Positions 1 through 9,549 of a stretch of 64,000 nucleotides of DNA are shown piece by piece. Position numbers and translations under genes: made by a program. Within the stretch, counting starts at the first letter, position 1. Each line of letters starts with the position of its first letter. The notes under the pieces were generated by a model, which saw only the letters and a program-made list of their open reading frames with translations, was not told the origin of the DNA and searched no databases. The stretch spans positions 1 through 64,000 of the forward strand of contig JAWCKR010000005.1 in NCBI GenBank assembly GCA_038851755.1, written 5' to 3'. Source of the stretch: Candidatus Hadarchaeales archaeon (GTDB taxonomy: Archaea; Hadarchaeota; Hadarchaeia; Hadarchaeales; WYZ-LMO6).

Positions 1-1030
1 GGGGCTGGGGGAGGGGGAATTCCCCTCCGCCGTGTGGAGGAAGGCCTGCGAAGCCAAGCTGGTGGGCCCCAGGATCCCGCAGGAGCAAGGGGGGGCTGGG
101 GCGGGCATGCTGACGAGCGTCCTCATCCAGGAGGAGTTCTCCAGAATCAACCCGGGGCTGGCAGAGATCCTGGCCTCGGCCACCCTCGGGAGCGACCTGG
201 TGGGAAGGTTCGGCACCGGGGAGCAGAGGGAGAGGTACCTGCGCCCCCTGGCGGAGGGAAGGGCGAGGATGGGGGTGGCGGGACTGGAGGGAGAAAGGAC
301 CCTCAGGGTGAGGGAGAGAAGCGGTAAAATGGAGGTGAGGGGAGAGGTGGACCTCCCGCGGGGTCCCGTCCCCGAGTACCTGGTGGTGAAGGGGTGGGTG
401 GAGGGGCTCCCCTCCCTGCTCCTGCTGGAAACCGGGGGGAGCGAGGTGAAGGAGCTGGCGGGGGGAAACCTGCTCGTGGTGAAGGGGGAGGTGGAAGAGG
501 AGAACGTGCTGGGTGGGAAGGGGGAGGAGCCCAGGATGACGGCGGAGTTCCTCACCCTGTGCAGGATAGAGAGGGCGGGGCAGGCCCTGGGAACGGCTGA
601 GGGGGCCGCAGAGAGGGCCCTGCGCTACCTCAGGGAGAGGGAGGCCGCAGGGAAGCCGGCCTGGGAGTACTCCCACACCCTGCGCAAGCTGGCGGAGATA
701 GAAACGGAGGTGGAGGCCTCCCGCTGGCTCGTGTACCGGGCGGCCTGGTCGGTGGACCGGGGGGAGGTGAACCCCGCCCTGGCGGTGATGGCCGAGTGGA
801 AGGCAGGCAGGACGGCGGTGATGGCGGCGGAGGAGGCCTCCATGCTCCACGAGGGGACCTGGGGCCACCTGGAGGACTACAGGATCGACCGGTTCAGGTC
901 CTTCTCCCTCCTCCACCCGCGCTTTCCCCCCTTCTCGGCCCAGAAGCTCACGCCCTCCCGCTTCCTCCCCGAGGGGCTGGAGGAGGTGGAGAAGTTCCTC
1001 AGGAGGGGCGGGACTCGAGGGGCGTCCTGA
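1..1030 (+). CDS. Acyl-CoA dehydrogenase-like protein, degenerate; probably 5'-truncated by the window edge
   Basis: ACAD-like segments IPQEQGGAG, FGTGEQRERYL, RIERAGQALGTAEGA, LAEIETEVEASRWLVYRAAW. The TEPxxGSD and YEGT motifs are absent. Confidence 0.75.
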   Translation, partial: GLGEGEFPSAVWRKACEAKLVGPRIPQEQGGAGAGMLTSVLIQEEFSRINPGLAEILASATLGSDLVGRFGTGEQRERYLRPLAEGRARMGVAGLEGERTLRVRERSGKMEVRGEVDLPRGPVPEYLVVKGWVEGLPSLLLLETGGSEVKELAGGNLLVVKGEVEEENVLGGKGEEPRMTAEFLTLCRIERAGQALGTAEGAAERALRYLREREAAGKPAWEYSHTLRKLAEIETEVEASRWLVYRAAWSVDRGEVNPALAVMAEWKAGRTAVMAAEEASMLHEGTWGHLEDYRIDRFRSFSLLHPRFPPFSAQKLTPSRFLPEGLEEVEKFLRRGGTRGAS

Positions 1031-1394
1031 AGATCCTCTCCCCCACCCTCACCCCCAGCCAGAGGTAGAGGGGGTAAAGGGCGAACATGAAGATGCTGAG
1101 GAACATCCCCTCCGGGGAGAGGGTGTTGAAGGAGGAGCCCGGCTCCACCAGGGAAAGGATGCCACCGTTGATCATCCATTCCGTCCCGCTCCTGGCCCCG
1201 CAACCCTTCCAAGCCCACTCCAAAAAGCCCAGGTTGCAGAACATCCCCACGGAAACCACCCAGAAGAGGAGGATCACCAGGGAGGAGAGGAGGGGGACGA
1301 AGAGGCGGCTGTTGAAGAAGAGCTTCTTCCTCACCAGGGAAACCGCGAGGCCGCAGAGGAAGAGCAGGAAGGGGTCCATCCAGAAGGCCATCAA
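999..1394 (-). CDS. Small membrane protein (about 3 TM)
   Basis: Hydrophobic 131-aa ORF whose start overlaps the stop of the upstream Fe-S gene. Confidence 0.7.
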   Translation of the reverse strand: MMAFWMDPFLLFLCGLAVSLVRKKLFFNSRLFVPLLSSLVILLFWVVSVGMFCNLGFLEWAWKGCGARSGTEWMINGGILSLVEPGSSFNTLSPEGMFLSIFMFALYPLYLWLGVRVGERIFRTPLESRPS

Positions 1395-2506
1395 ACCGCC
1401 CTCACCGGCCTCCTTATCACCACCTCATCCCCCTCCTCCTCCACCACCCCGGAGGAGAAGAGGAGTTTCACGTTCTCCCTCCCCTCCTCCTCGCTCCCCC
1501 AGCACACGAGCTGGCAGAAGGAACAGGTGGGGCCGAAGTCCTCCGGCGACATGACCTCCTTCCTCAACCCCAGCATGATGCCCTTGGCGAACCTCAGCAC
1601 GTTCTCGGCCTTCCTTCCCCCGGCGAGCAGGTACTCCACCACCGTCCTGCGTATCAGGGCGTCAGCCTCCTCATCGCTCTCGGGGACCCTCAGCCTCCAG
1701 GGCGACCAGGTGGACCACCCCTCCCTGGAGCCGCTCGAGAACCCGCCGCAGCAGAGAACGCACTTCGAGAGGCTCCCGTGCCTGCATACCCTGTCCTCCA
1801 CCTTCCCTACCCTTACCAGCTTGGCCTCCTTCACCGCCAGGAAACCTGAGGGGCAGACCGAGACGCACCTCCTGCATCCCGAGCAGGGGTTCTCCTCCAG
1901 CTGCGGATCAGGCTTCAGCTCTGCGTCCGTGATCACGCTCCCCAGGTAGACCATGGCCCCGTACTCCACCGTGACCAGGTTCCCGCTCCAGCCCAGCCTC
2001 CCCAGGCCAGCCGCCACCGCAGCGTACCTGTGGGAGAAGGTGGGCGTGTAGTCTGGGTTGTAGAGCTCCACCTCACCCGACCTCAGCGCCTGGATGAGGG
2101 GATGCCCGGGATCGGTCTGGGCCAGCTCGGCTATCATCCTCGCACCCTCCCACCTCTCCCTGTCCCTCACGTGGTTCCTGTAGTCCAGGTTCCTCTCGCA
2201 GTTGACCGCCCGGTAGCCTTTCCCCCTCAGCCACCCCACGACGGCCTCCCCTATTTCCTCCAGCCTGCAGTAGGTCTCGTACTCCAGAAGGGCCATCCCC
2301 CTGCGGGCCGAGGGGTCCTTTTTCCCCAGGTACGCACGCACCACCCTCCTGTCCAGCGGAACGGCGAAGCTCACCACGGACCTGGCGGAGGGGAGGTAGT
2401 AGGAAGGGTCGGCACAGGCGTGGCCCTCCAGCCTCTCCCTGGAGGTAATCCCCACCAGGACTGCCCCCGCCCCCCTCGCCCTCTCCTTGACCTCTTCCTC
2501 CAACAT
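1391..2506 (-). CDS. Epoxyqueuosine reductase (QueG)/reductive dehalogenase-like Fe-S protein
   Basis: GAVLVGI, SARSVVSFAVP, FSHRYAAVAAGLGRLGWSG, YLGSVITDAEL, CxxCxxCxxxCP and CxxCxxxC. Start moved to the ATG at 2506. Confidence 0.8.
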   Translation of the reverse strand: MLEEEVKERARGAGAVLVGITSRERLEGHACADPSYYLPSARSVVSFAVPLDRRVVRAYLGKKDPSARRGMALLEYETYCRLEEIGEAVVGWLRGKGYRAVNCERNLDYRNHVRDRERWEGARMIAELAQTDPGHPLIQALRSGEVELYNPDYTPTFSHRYAAVAAGLGRLGWSGNLVTVEYGAMVYLGSVITDAELKPDPQLEENPCSGCRRCVSVCPSGFLAVKEAKLVRVGKVEDRVCRHGSLSKCVLCCGGFSSGSREGWSTWSPWRLRVPESDEEADALIRRTVVEYLLAGGRKAENVLRFAKGIMLGLRKEVMSPEDFGPTCSFCQLVCWGSEEEGRENVKLLFSSGVVEEEGDEVVIRRPVRAV

Positions 2507-2537
2507 CTCCTTTCTTAATCCCACGCACCTTAAAGTT

Positions 2538-3806
2538 TTGGAGAGGGTGGAGCGAAGGGACGTGGTGGTGCTGGGGGGAGGACCGACCGGGATCTCCGCG
2601 GCCCTGGCCGCCAGGCGCCTGGGGGCAAGCGTGCTGCTGGTGGAGAGGTACGGCTTCCTGGGGGGAACCGCCACCTCCGGCCTCTACGGCTCCCTCTGCG
2701 GTTTCTACACCTCCGGACCCGAGCAGGTGCAGGTGGTGAAGGGGATAGCGTGGGAGATGGTGGAGTTCCTCTCCTCGCAGGACGCGCTGATGGGCCCCGT
2801 GAGGTCGGGGGCCATGGTGGTCCTCCTCTACGATCCCCCCACCCTCAGGCTGGTGCTGGACGAGATGGTGCTGAGGGAGAAGGTGGAGCTCCTCCTCCAC
2901 TCCACGGTGGTGGGGGTGAAGAGGGAGGGGAGCAAGATTACCTCGGTGAGGATCTGCACCAAGTCGGGGCCGATGGACCTGGAGGGGAAGGTTTATGTGG
3001 ACGCGACGGGGGATGCGGACGTCTGCCACCTGGCGAAGGTCCCTGTGGAGAAGGCGGAGCCCCTGCAAGCGGGATCCATGATGTTCAGGGTGTGCAACGT
3101 GCGGGCGGAGGAGGTGATCCCCCTCCTCCTCTCGGGGGAGCTCAGGGAGAGGGTGAGGGAGGCCGTGGCCTCGGGGGAGTACGACCTCCCGAGGGAGGAC
3201 GGGAACCTCATACCCCTCCCCAGGGAGGGGAACTTCGTGGTGGGCTTCTCCAGGGTGGCCGTGGACGGGACGGACGTGAACTCCCTCACCAGGGCGGAAC
3301 TCGAGGGAAGGAGGCAGGTGAGGGAGTGCCTCCGCTTCCTGAAGGAGAGGATCCCGGGTTTCGAGAACGCCTACCTCTCGGAAGTGGCCTTCCACGTGGG
3401 GGTGAGGGAGACCAGGAGGGTGAGGGGAAGGCACGTGCTGACGGAGGAGGAGGTGCTCTCCGGGGCCAGGTTCCCGGACGCCGTGGCGAGGTGCGCCTGG
3501 CCCATCGAGCGCCACCTTCCCCACCTCAGGACCACGGAGCTCAGGACGCTGGAGGGGGACAGCTGGTACGAGATCCCCTACCGGTGCTGCCTCCCGCAGG
3601 AGGTGGACAACCTGCTGGTGGGGGGAAGGTGCCTCTCCACCACCTCCGTGGCCCAGGCCTCCACCAGGGTCATCGCACCCTCCATGGCCACGGGACAGGC
3701 CTGCGGGACGGCGGCGGCCCTCTGCGCCCTCCAGGGGATCCCCGCTCCGCAGCTTCCGGCGGAGGAACTCAGGGAAGAACTGAGGAAAGGTGGGGCTCTC
3801 CTCTAG
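2538..3806 (+). CDS. FAD-dependent oxidoreductase (FAD_oxidored family)
   Basis: DVVVLGGGPTG, LGGTATSG, VDATGDAD, VRETRR, YEIPYRC, NLLVGGRC. Confidence 0.9.
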   Translation: MERVERRDVVVLGGGPTGISAALAARRLGASVLLVERYGFLGGTATSGLYGSLCGFYTSGPEQVQVVKGIAWEMVEFLSSQDALMGPVRSGAMVVLLYDPPTLRLVLDEMVLREKVELLLHSTVVGVKREGSKITSVRICTKSGPMDLEGKVYVDATGDADVCHLAKVPVEKAEPLQAGSMMFRVCNVRAEEVIPLLLSGELRERVREAVASGEYDLPREDGNLIPLPREGNFVVGFSRVAVDGTDVNSLTRAELEGRRQVRECLRFLKERIPGFENAYLSEVAFHVGVRETRRVRGRHVLTEEEVLSGARFPDAVARCAWPIERHLPHLRTTELRTLEGDSWYEIPYRCCLPQEVDNLLVGGRCLSTTSVAQASTRVIAPSMATGQACGTAAALCALQGIPAPQLPAEELREELRKGGALL

Positions 3807-4537
3807 GTCAGGTCACCGCAGGAGCAGAAGACCTCGTGCACCAGGTCGTACAGCCTCTCCATTCCCTCTCCCCTTTTCGCGCTCACCCCCACCACCCTGC
3901 CGGGGGGAAGGAACTCGCGGAGGAGGGAGGAGAGCCTGCCCGCCAGCTCCGCCTCCACCCCCGGCATCCCCTCCAGTTTGGGCAGCTCCTCCTCCAGAAC
4001 CTCCAGCCCGCCCTCCAGGAGGTCCACCTTGTTCACCACGCAGAGGGTGGGAACCCCCAGCCTGAGCTGGACGGAGAGGTTCAGGAGCCTGGCCAGGACG
4101 AGGCCCGCGGGATCCCCCAGGAGGGAGGCGTCGAAGAGGAAGAGGGAGAGGGTGGTCCCGTCGAGCAGGGAAAGGAGCCTCCTCCCGCCGTGGAAGAGGA
4201 AGATCTCCAGCTGGCCCGGGGTGTCCAGGAGCCTCACCTCCGCCCTCACCCTCCCTATCTCCCCAGCAAAGGACTCCGCTCTCCTCTCCAGCAGGGCCGA
4301 GGCCCTCACCATGGCCCCGTTGGGGCCCAGCCCGTACTTCCTCATCAGGCCGGAGAGGGTGAAGTGGCGACGCACGTCGAAGGAGGGCCTGAAGGGGAGC
4401 CTCTCGCAGCCAGGGTCCAGGTTCACGAAGGCCACCTTCATTCCCCTCCTCCCCATCCACCTCCCGAAGGCGCGGGTGAGGGTGGTCTTTCCCGACCCCG
4501 CGGTGCCCAGCACCGCCAGGTTGAGGGGATAGGGCAA
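3803..4537 (-). CDS. GPN-loop GTPase
   Basis: GTAGSGKTT, VNLDPG, LGPNG, DTPGQ, NKVD. Confidence 0.92.
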   Translation of the reverse strand: MPYPLNLAVLGTAGSGKTTLTRAFGRWMGRRGMKVAFVNLDPGCERLPFRPSFDVRRHFTLSGLMRKYGLGPNGAMVRASALLERRAESFAGEIGRVRAEVRLLDTPGQLEIFLFHGGRRLLSLLDGTTLSLFLFDASLLGDPAGLVLARLLNLSVQLRLGVPTLCVVNKVDLLEGGLEVLEEELPKLEGMPGVEAELAGRLSSLLREFLPPGRVVGVSAKRGEGMERLYDLVHEVFCSCGDLT

Positions 4538-4539
4538 GC

Positions 4540-6012
4540 CTAGTCCACCTTCTTCCCCATCTTCCTGTCCGCCAGCCTGCTGTAGTACTCCACGTTCTTC
4601 CCGGAGCCGTCGTACCCCTCCTCCACCATGAGCTCCAGCTTCTCCCTGGTGAGGTCGAAGGGCCAGATCTGTCCCTTGCTCCAGTCCACGGACGGGAAGT
4701 CGGAGGGACGGAGAAGTTCCACGGAGGGGTCGAGGAGGAACTGGAACCTGGAGGTCTCCTCCAGGGGGGGAAGCTCCCCGGTCTCCCTGTCCAGACCGGC
4801 CTCGCTCTCCAGCAGCTCCAGGAACTCCTTGCTGGGAGGGCTCTCCAGGTACTGCCTGAGGTTGATGGGCTCCAGGGAGGGTGGAACCACCCTGGCCATC
4901 ACGAAGGGTGGGACTATACCTTTGGAGTGGGGATAGAAGGGGCCCTGCTCGAAGAAGAGCTTCCTTATCCTGAAAAGGTGGGGGATTTTCTTCCTCCCGC
5001 AGGCGTACTTGTGGAAAGCGTCGTACCCCCCCAGGAAGAGCTGGACCATGCGCTTCACGAAGGTCTCCTGCGGAAGGTTGAGGAGGGTCCTGAAGAGGGG
5101 AGGGGCCGGGACCTGGGAGAAGAGGTTGTACCCGACACCCAGGGCCCTGGTGTTGAGGCCGTAGTAAACCCAGAGGAAGAACTCCGTGCTGGTGAGGGCG
5201 TTCTGCGCGATCATGCTGATGTAGGCGGAAACGCAGGAGAGGTAGAGGGTGGAATGGGGGTACTGGGGCAGGGCCCTGGCCTTTATCCCCTCCAGCTCAC
5301 CCCTGAGCACCGCGCCCCAGTCGTAGGTGTCCCAGTACCTCTTGGGGATGTCTTTCAGCCTGATGCCGAGGGCCTGATGCCTGAGGTTCAGGCTCTCCTC
5401 CAGCCCCCTCCTGTCGGTTGCCGTCGTCCTGGTGGTGGAGGAGGTGAAGAAGGCCTCCTCGTCCTCCGCGTCAAAGAGGGTGGAGAGCTCGTCGGAGACC
5501 CCCACCGTCCAGCGGTGCACCGGGATGCCGTCCTCGTTGTGGTACCCGTTGATCCAGTAGATTTCCCCGGTGAAGTCATCAACGTGAACGTACTCCACCG
5601 TGGCGTACTTCCCGTAGAGGAGCTCGCAGGTGCTCTTCCCTATGTCTGGTCTGCACAGGTAGGCAGGGGGATGGCTGAGGTAGCAGAGGTTATCCACCTG
5701 GTAGAGCTCCTCCCTATGCGGTGGGTTCTTGGCCAGGCGGGCGGAGGTCTCCACCGCCTGGTCCACCCTGTAGGACCACTCCACGAAGTTCTCGTACTTC
5801 AGCCTCCTCCACACCTCCCTGCTCATCCCCAGCCTGCGGAAGGCGTGAAGCCAGTTGGGCCTCACCAGGAAGATCTCCAGGTTCCTGGGTACCTTCCCCG
5901 GAAAGGGGCTGACCTCCTCCAGCCTCCTCCAGATGTCCGTCAGCCCGCTCTCCTCCACCCACTTCCTCCACTCCCCCTCCTGCCTCCTGCTCCTCTCCTC
6001 CATCCTCTCCAT
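4540..6012 (-). CDS. Hypothetical protein, 490 aa, Tyr/Trp-rich
   Basis: Long ORF with host-like codon bias, tightly packed in an operon; no family recognised. Confidence 0.85.
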   Translation of the reverse strand: MERMEERSRRQEGEWRKWVEESGLTDIWRRLEEVSPFPGKVPRNLEIFLVRPNWLHAFRRLGMSREVWRRLKYENFVEWSYRVDQAVETSARLAKNPPHREELYQVDNLCYLSHPPAYLCRPDIGKSTCELLYGKYATVEYVHVDDFTGEIYWINGYHNEDGIPVHRWTVGVSDELSTLFDAEDEEAFFTSSTTRTTATDRRGLEESLNLRHQALGIRLKDIPKRYWDTYDWGAVLRGELEGIKARALPQYPHSTLYLSCVSAYISMIAQNALTSTEFFLWVYYGLNTRALGVGYNLFSQVPAPPLFRTLLNLPQETFVKRMVQLFLGGYDAFHKYACGRKKIPHLFRIRKLFFEQGPFYPHSKGIVPPFVMARVVPPSLEPINLRQYLESPPSKEFLELLESEAGLDRETGELPPLEETSRFQFLLDPSVELLRPSDFPSVDWSKGQIWPFDLTREKLELMVEEGYDGSGKNVEYYSRLADRKMGKKVD

Positions 6013-6015
6013 CCT

Positions 6016-6381
6016 TCACCTCCGCAGGCTGGAGGCCAGGAAGGGGAGAAGTCTCGCCCAGAGGGGGATGCTCCTGGAGAGGAGCCTGAACTTCCCCTTC
6101 GCCCTGATCTCCCTGTTGATCACCATCCACACCAGCTCCTCCTCCCCCCTCATCCTCCTCAGGCGAGCAAGGGGACCCGAGAGGACCATTTCCACCCCCT
6201 CCTTTGGGGGAGGGGACAGGCGGGCCATCCTCCACCCGTCCATCTCCACCAGGACCCCCTTCCCGTCCAGGACCACCAGAACTCTCCCCCTGAACCCTCC
6301 TTTCCCTCCGAACCTGTGGGAGTTCCACCTCGCCCTTACCCTCTCGTACCAGTCCTCTTTCGCTTGGGGGGGCACATACAC
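6016..6381 (-). CDS. SCP2/sterol-carrier-like lipid-binding protein (tentative)
   Basis: C-terminal pattern LARLRRMRGEE..WMVINREIRAKGKF resembles SCP2 domains. Confidence 0.5.
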   Translation of the reverse strand: MYVPPQAKEDWYERVRARWNSHRFGGKGGFRGRVLVVLDGKGVLVEMDGWRMARLSPPPKEGVEMVLSGPLARLRRMRGEEELVWMVINREIRAKGKFRLLSRSIPLWARLLPFLASSLRR

Positions 6382-6459
6382 ACATAGAAAACTCCAATAT
6401 TAACCGTTGGGGGGGCAGGAGGGGCGCGATAAGGTTAAATCCGTGGGGAGAAAAACGGG

Positions 6460-7410
6460 TTGTTTCGGATGCCCGTCCTCCGTTCCCTCATCCAGAGGCT
6501 GAAGACGTTCAAACCCCTCCTCAGGAAGTCGTACATCTCGGAGCTGATGGGGATTGTGGGAAGCCGATCCCTGGAGGACGCCGGTTTCGTGGAGGTGGGC
6601 GGTAGGACGGTGGTGGTCTCGTGCGATGGCATCCTGGAGGAGGTGGTGAGGGCCTTTCCCAGGCTGGCAGGCTACTACTCCGTGCTGGTCAACGTCCAGG
6701 ACGTGGTGTGCAAGGGGGCCAGGCCTCTGGGCTTCCTCTACGTGCTCTCCTCCTCCTCGCCCAGGGTGAGGAGGGAGATGACGGAGGGAATAAGGGAGGG
6801 TCTGGGGAAGTTCGGCCTGGAGTTCCTGAAGGCCCACACCCATCCGGACACCTCCTACGACGCCGTGGACGGGATGTGCGTGGGCCTCGCCAGAAAGGTT
6901 CTGAGGAGCAACACGGCGAGGGCGGGGGAGCACCTCCTGCTCGCGGTGGACCTGAAGGGGACCTTCAGAAAAGGGGAGCTCTTCAACGCGCTGGACTCCG
7001 TGAGGGAGAGGAGCAGGAAGGAGGTGCTCAGGCAGGTGGAGGGAATGGTGAAGGTGGCGGAGGGCGGCCTGGCCTCCGCCTCGAAGGACGTGAGCGCCCC
7101 GGGCATCGTGGGGACCGCGGCCATGCTGTGCGAGTACAGCGGGGTGGGGGCGGTGCTGGAACTGGACCGAATTCCCCTTCCAGAGGGAGTGGGGATGGAG
7201 GAGTGGCTCCTCACCTACCCCAGCACCTGCTACCTCCTCACCTCCTCCCGCCCGGAGAGGTGCCTGAAAACGCTGAGGGCCCACGGGCTGGAGGCCGAGA
7301 GGGTGGGGGAGATCACTAGGGAGAGAAAAGTGGTCCTCAGGCTGGGAGGGAAGGAAGAGACCTTCCTGGACCTGAGGAAGGAATCCGTCTTCGGCTTCAA
7401 GCGAACCTGA
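6460..7410 (+). CDS. AIR synthase-related protein (methanogenesis marker 2/sll0787-like)
   Basis: EDAG, VVSCDGI, AGYYSVLVNVQDV..KGARP, HTHPD, KDVSAPGIVGT, WLLTYP. Confidence 0.85.
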   Translation: MFRMPVLRSLIQRLKTFKPLLRKSYISELMGIVGSRSLEDAGFVEVGGRTVVVSCDGILEEVVRAFPRLAGYYSVLVNVQDVVCKGARPLGFLYVLSSSSPRVRREMTEGIREGLGKFGLEFLKAHTHPDTSYDAVDGMCVGLARKVLRSNTARAGEHLLLAVDLKGTFRKGELFNALDSVRERSRKEVLRQVEGMVKVAEGGLASASKDVSAPGIVGTAAMLCEYSGVGAVLELDRIPLPEGVGMEEWLLTYPSTCYLLTSSRPERCLKTLRAHGLEAERVGEITRERKVVLRLGGKEETFLDLRKESVFGFKRT

Positions 7411-8134
7411 TCCCGAAGACCTTCTCCGCGTTCCCCGTGGTGAGGCTGGCCACCTCCTCCGGGTCCAGGCCCTTGAGCTCCGAGAGGGCCCTGAGGCTCC
7501 TCACCACGTCACCCGGTCTGGCTTCCTTCCCCCCGTACTTCACGGGGGAGTCCGTCTCCAGCAGGATTCGCTCCACCGGGCAAGCCCTCAGGGCGTTGCG
7601 GTGGGGGGGACTGTACTCCAGGGCGGGGGTGGCGGAGAGGTAGTGTCCCAGGTCCAGGATCTCCCCCACCAGCTCCTCCGGCCCCGAGTACCAGTGGAAG
7701 ACGGAGGGGGGGAGGTCCCGCCCCCTCAGCTCCTCCAGCACCTCGCGCCAGGCCCAGCGGGTGTGGAGGAGGAGGGGCTTCCCGTACTCCTCAGCCACCT
7801 TCACCACCTCCCTCAGCACCCCGCGCTGCAGCTCGGGGGGTTTGGGGATTTTCAAATCCATCCCCACCTCCCCCAGCGCCACGACCTCCCCCGCGTGCTC
7901 CCTCAGAAACTCCAGCTCACCCCTGGGCTCAGGGGAAAGGGACCAGGGGTGCAGACCCACCGCCGGAAGGACGAACCCACCGTGTTCTCTCCCCAGCCTC
8001 AGGGTCTCCAGGTTGGAGTCCCTGTCCATGCCCACGGCGACCACGGCGACCACCCCCGACCCCCTTGCCTCCTCCAGCTCCCTCGCCAGCTCTGGAATTT
8101 CGTTCAGATGGGAGTGAGTGTCCACCAGCTTCAA
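7397..8134 (-). CDS. tatD: TatD family hydrolase
   Basis: DTHSHL, GLHPW, GEVGMD, LHTR, FHWYSG, LLETDSP. Confidence 0.93.
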   Translation of the reverse strand: MKLVDTHSHLNEIPELARELEEARGSGVVAVVAVGMDRDSNLETLRLGREHGGFVLPAVGLHPWSLSPEPRGELEFLREHAGEVVALGEVGMDLKIPKPPELQRGVLREVVKVAEEYGKPLLLHTRWAWREVLEELRGRDLPPSVFHWYSGPEELVGEILDLGHYLSATPALEYSPPHRNALRACPVERILLETDSPVKYGGKEARPGDVVRSLRALSELKGLDPEEVASLTTGNAEKVFGIRFA

Positions 8135-8180
8135 CGGGAAAAGAGGGGGTGACGGAAGGAAAAAGGTTGCGGGGCAAAAA

Positions 8181-9380
8181 TCAGAAGGTCTTCGTTATGT
8201 CCCTTCCCAGCATCAGCCTGGCGATGGCGTTCTTCTGGACCTCCTTCGTCCCCTCGATGAGCTCCAAGCACTTCGCGAACCTGTACCAGCGGTCGATGTC
8301 GCTCTCCACGTACCCGTACCCCGCCATCACGTCCATGGCCAGGTCACAGGCCTGGACCGCCGTCCTGGCCCCGAACCACTTCGCCATGGAGGCCATCTTC
8401 ACGGACTCCTCCCCGTACACCGCCGGGTTCTCCCTGGCCTTCTGCACCAACCAGGCGGTGCGGAAGCAGTGGGCCTTCAGCATCTCCACCTGCGTGGCCA
8501 TCTCCACCAGCCTGAAGGCGAGGGCCTGGAAGCCCCCTATCTTCCTCCCGAAGGCCTCCCTCTCTCCCGCGTAGGAGATGGCCCTCTCCAGGGCTGCCTC
8601 GGCCGTGGCCAGACCCTGCCATCCCACGGCTGCCCTGGTCACGTCCAGGAACATGAGGCCCAGGTAGAAGCCCTTGTTCAGGTTGGAGGGTCCTCCCAGG
8701 ATGTCGTTGTCCGTGACCCTCACGTCGTTGAACCTGACCTCGCAGGTGGGGGAGGCCAGCCAGCCCATCTTGTCCTCGTACTTCCTGGCCTCGATGGCAT
8801 CGGACCTCTCTATCACGAACTCGGTCTGGCCCCTGTAGGGCCGGTCCACCTTGGTGTCCGTCTGGACGAGGGTCACGAACACGGAGGCGGTGGTCCCGTT
8901 GGTGATGAACTGCTTGGTGCCGTTGATCACCCACTCGTTACCCTTCCTCTCCGCCCTGGTGTCAAGCACGCGGGCGATGTCGCTCCCTCCCCCGGGCTCC
9001 GTGAAGCACCCTGCCGAGGTGATCTCACCCTTCGCCAGCCTGGGGAGCCACTTGGCCTTCTGCTCGTGGGTCCCAGACTCCGCGATCATGTCCGCCCCGA
9101 AGATCCCCGCCAGCACGGCCGCGCTCACGGGTGGGTCCGCCTTCACGAGCTCGTACGTCACCAGCATGGCATCCAGGAAGGAAACACCCTGCCCCCCGTA
9201 CTCCTGGGGCCAGGTCATCCCCAGGAAGCCCTGCTGGCCGCACTTCCTGTAGATCTCCCAGGGGAACTCGTGCTTCTGCTCGAGCTCCTTCGCCTTGGGC
9301 TGGATCTCCTTGAGGGCGAACTCCCTCGCCGTTTGCTGGATGAGCTTCTGCTCCTCCGTCAGTTCAAAATCCAGAGGCAC
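8181..9380 (-). CDS. Acyl-CoA dehydrogenase
   Basis: FTEPGGGSD, INGTKQFITNG, REAFGRKIG, AGYGY, LIEGTKEVQK. Confidence 0.95.
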   Translation of the reverse strand: MPLDFELTEEQKLIQQTAREFALKEIQPKAKELEQKHEFPWEIYRKCGQQGFLGMTWPQEYGGQGVSFLDAMLVTYELVKADPPVSAAVLAGIFGADMIAESGTHEQKAKWLPRLAKGEITSAGCFTEPGGGSDIARVLDTRAERKGNEWVINGTKQFITNGTTASVFVTLVQTDTKVDRPYRGQTEFVIERSDAIEARKYEDKMGWLASPTCEVRFNDVRVTDNDILGGPSNLNKGFYLGLMFLDVTRAAVGWQGLATAEAALERAISYAGEREAFGRKIGGFQALAFRLVEMATQVEMLKAHCFRTAWLVQKARENPAVYGEESVKMASMAKWFGARTAVQACDLAMDVMAGYGYVESDIDRWYRFAKCLELIEGTKEVQKNAIARLMLGRDITKTF

Positions 9381-9549
9381 GTTTTTTTTCCTCTCCGCCC
9401 TTTAAAAAATTTTCTATGCTTCCGGTCCAGGTCATCACCCGCACCGTCGGGACCTGCTCCGGCGGACCCGGAGCCCCTTCCCCTCCTGGAGCGAGTGATC
9501 CAGCCTCTCCTGCGATGACGTTAAATAGAGGGGAGAGGAAGGGATTCAC

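Noticed and set aside
2073-4543. Long antisense or alternative-frame ORFs (for example 2073-3524, 2750-4543; likewise 10854-13181 and 60375-61805)
   Set aside because: Shadow ORFs caused by high GC3; they are Gly/Pro/His-rich and overlap well-supported genes
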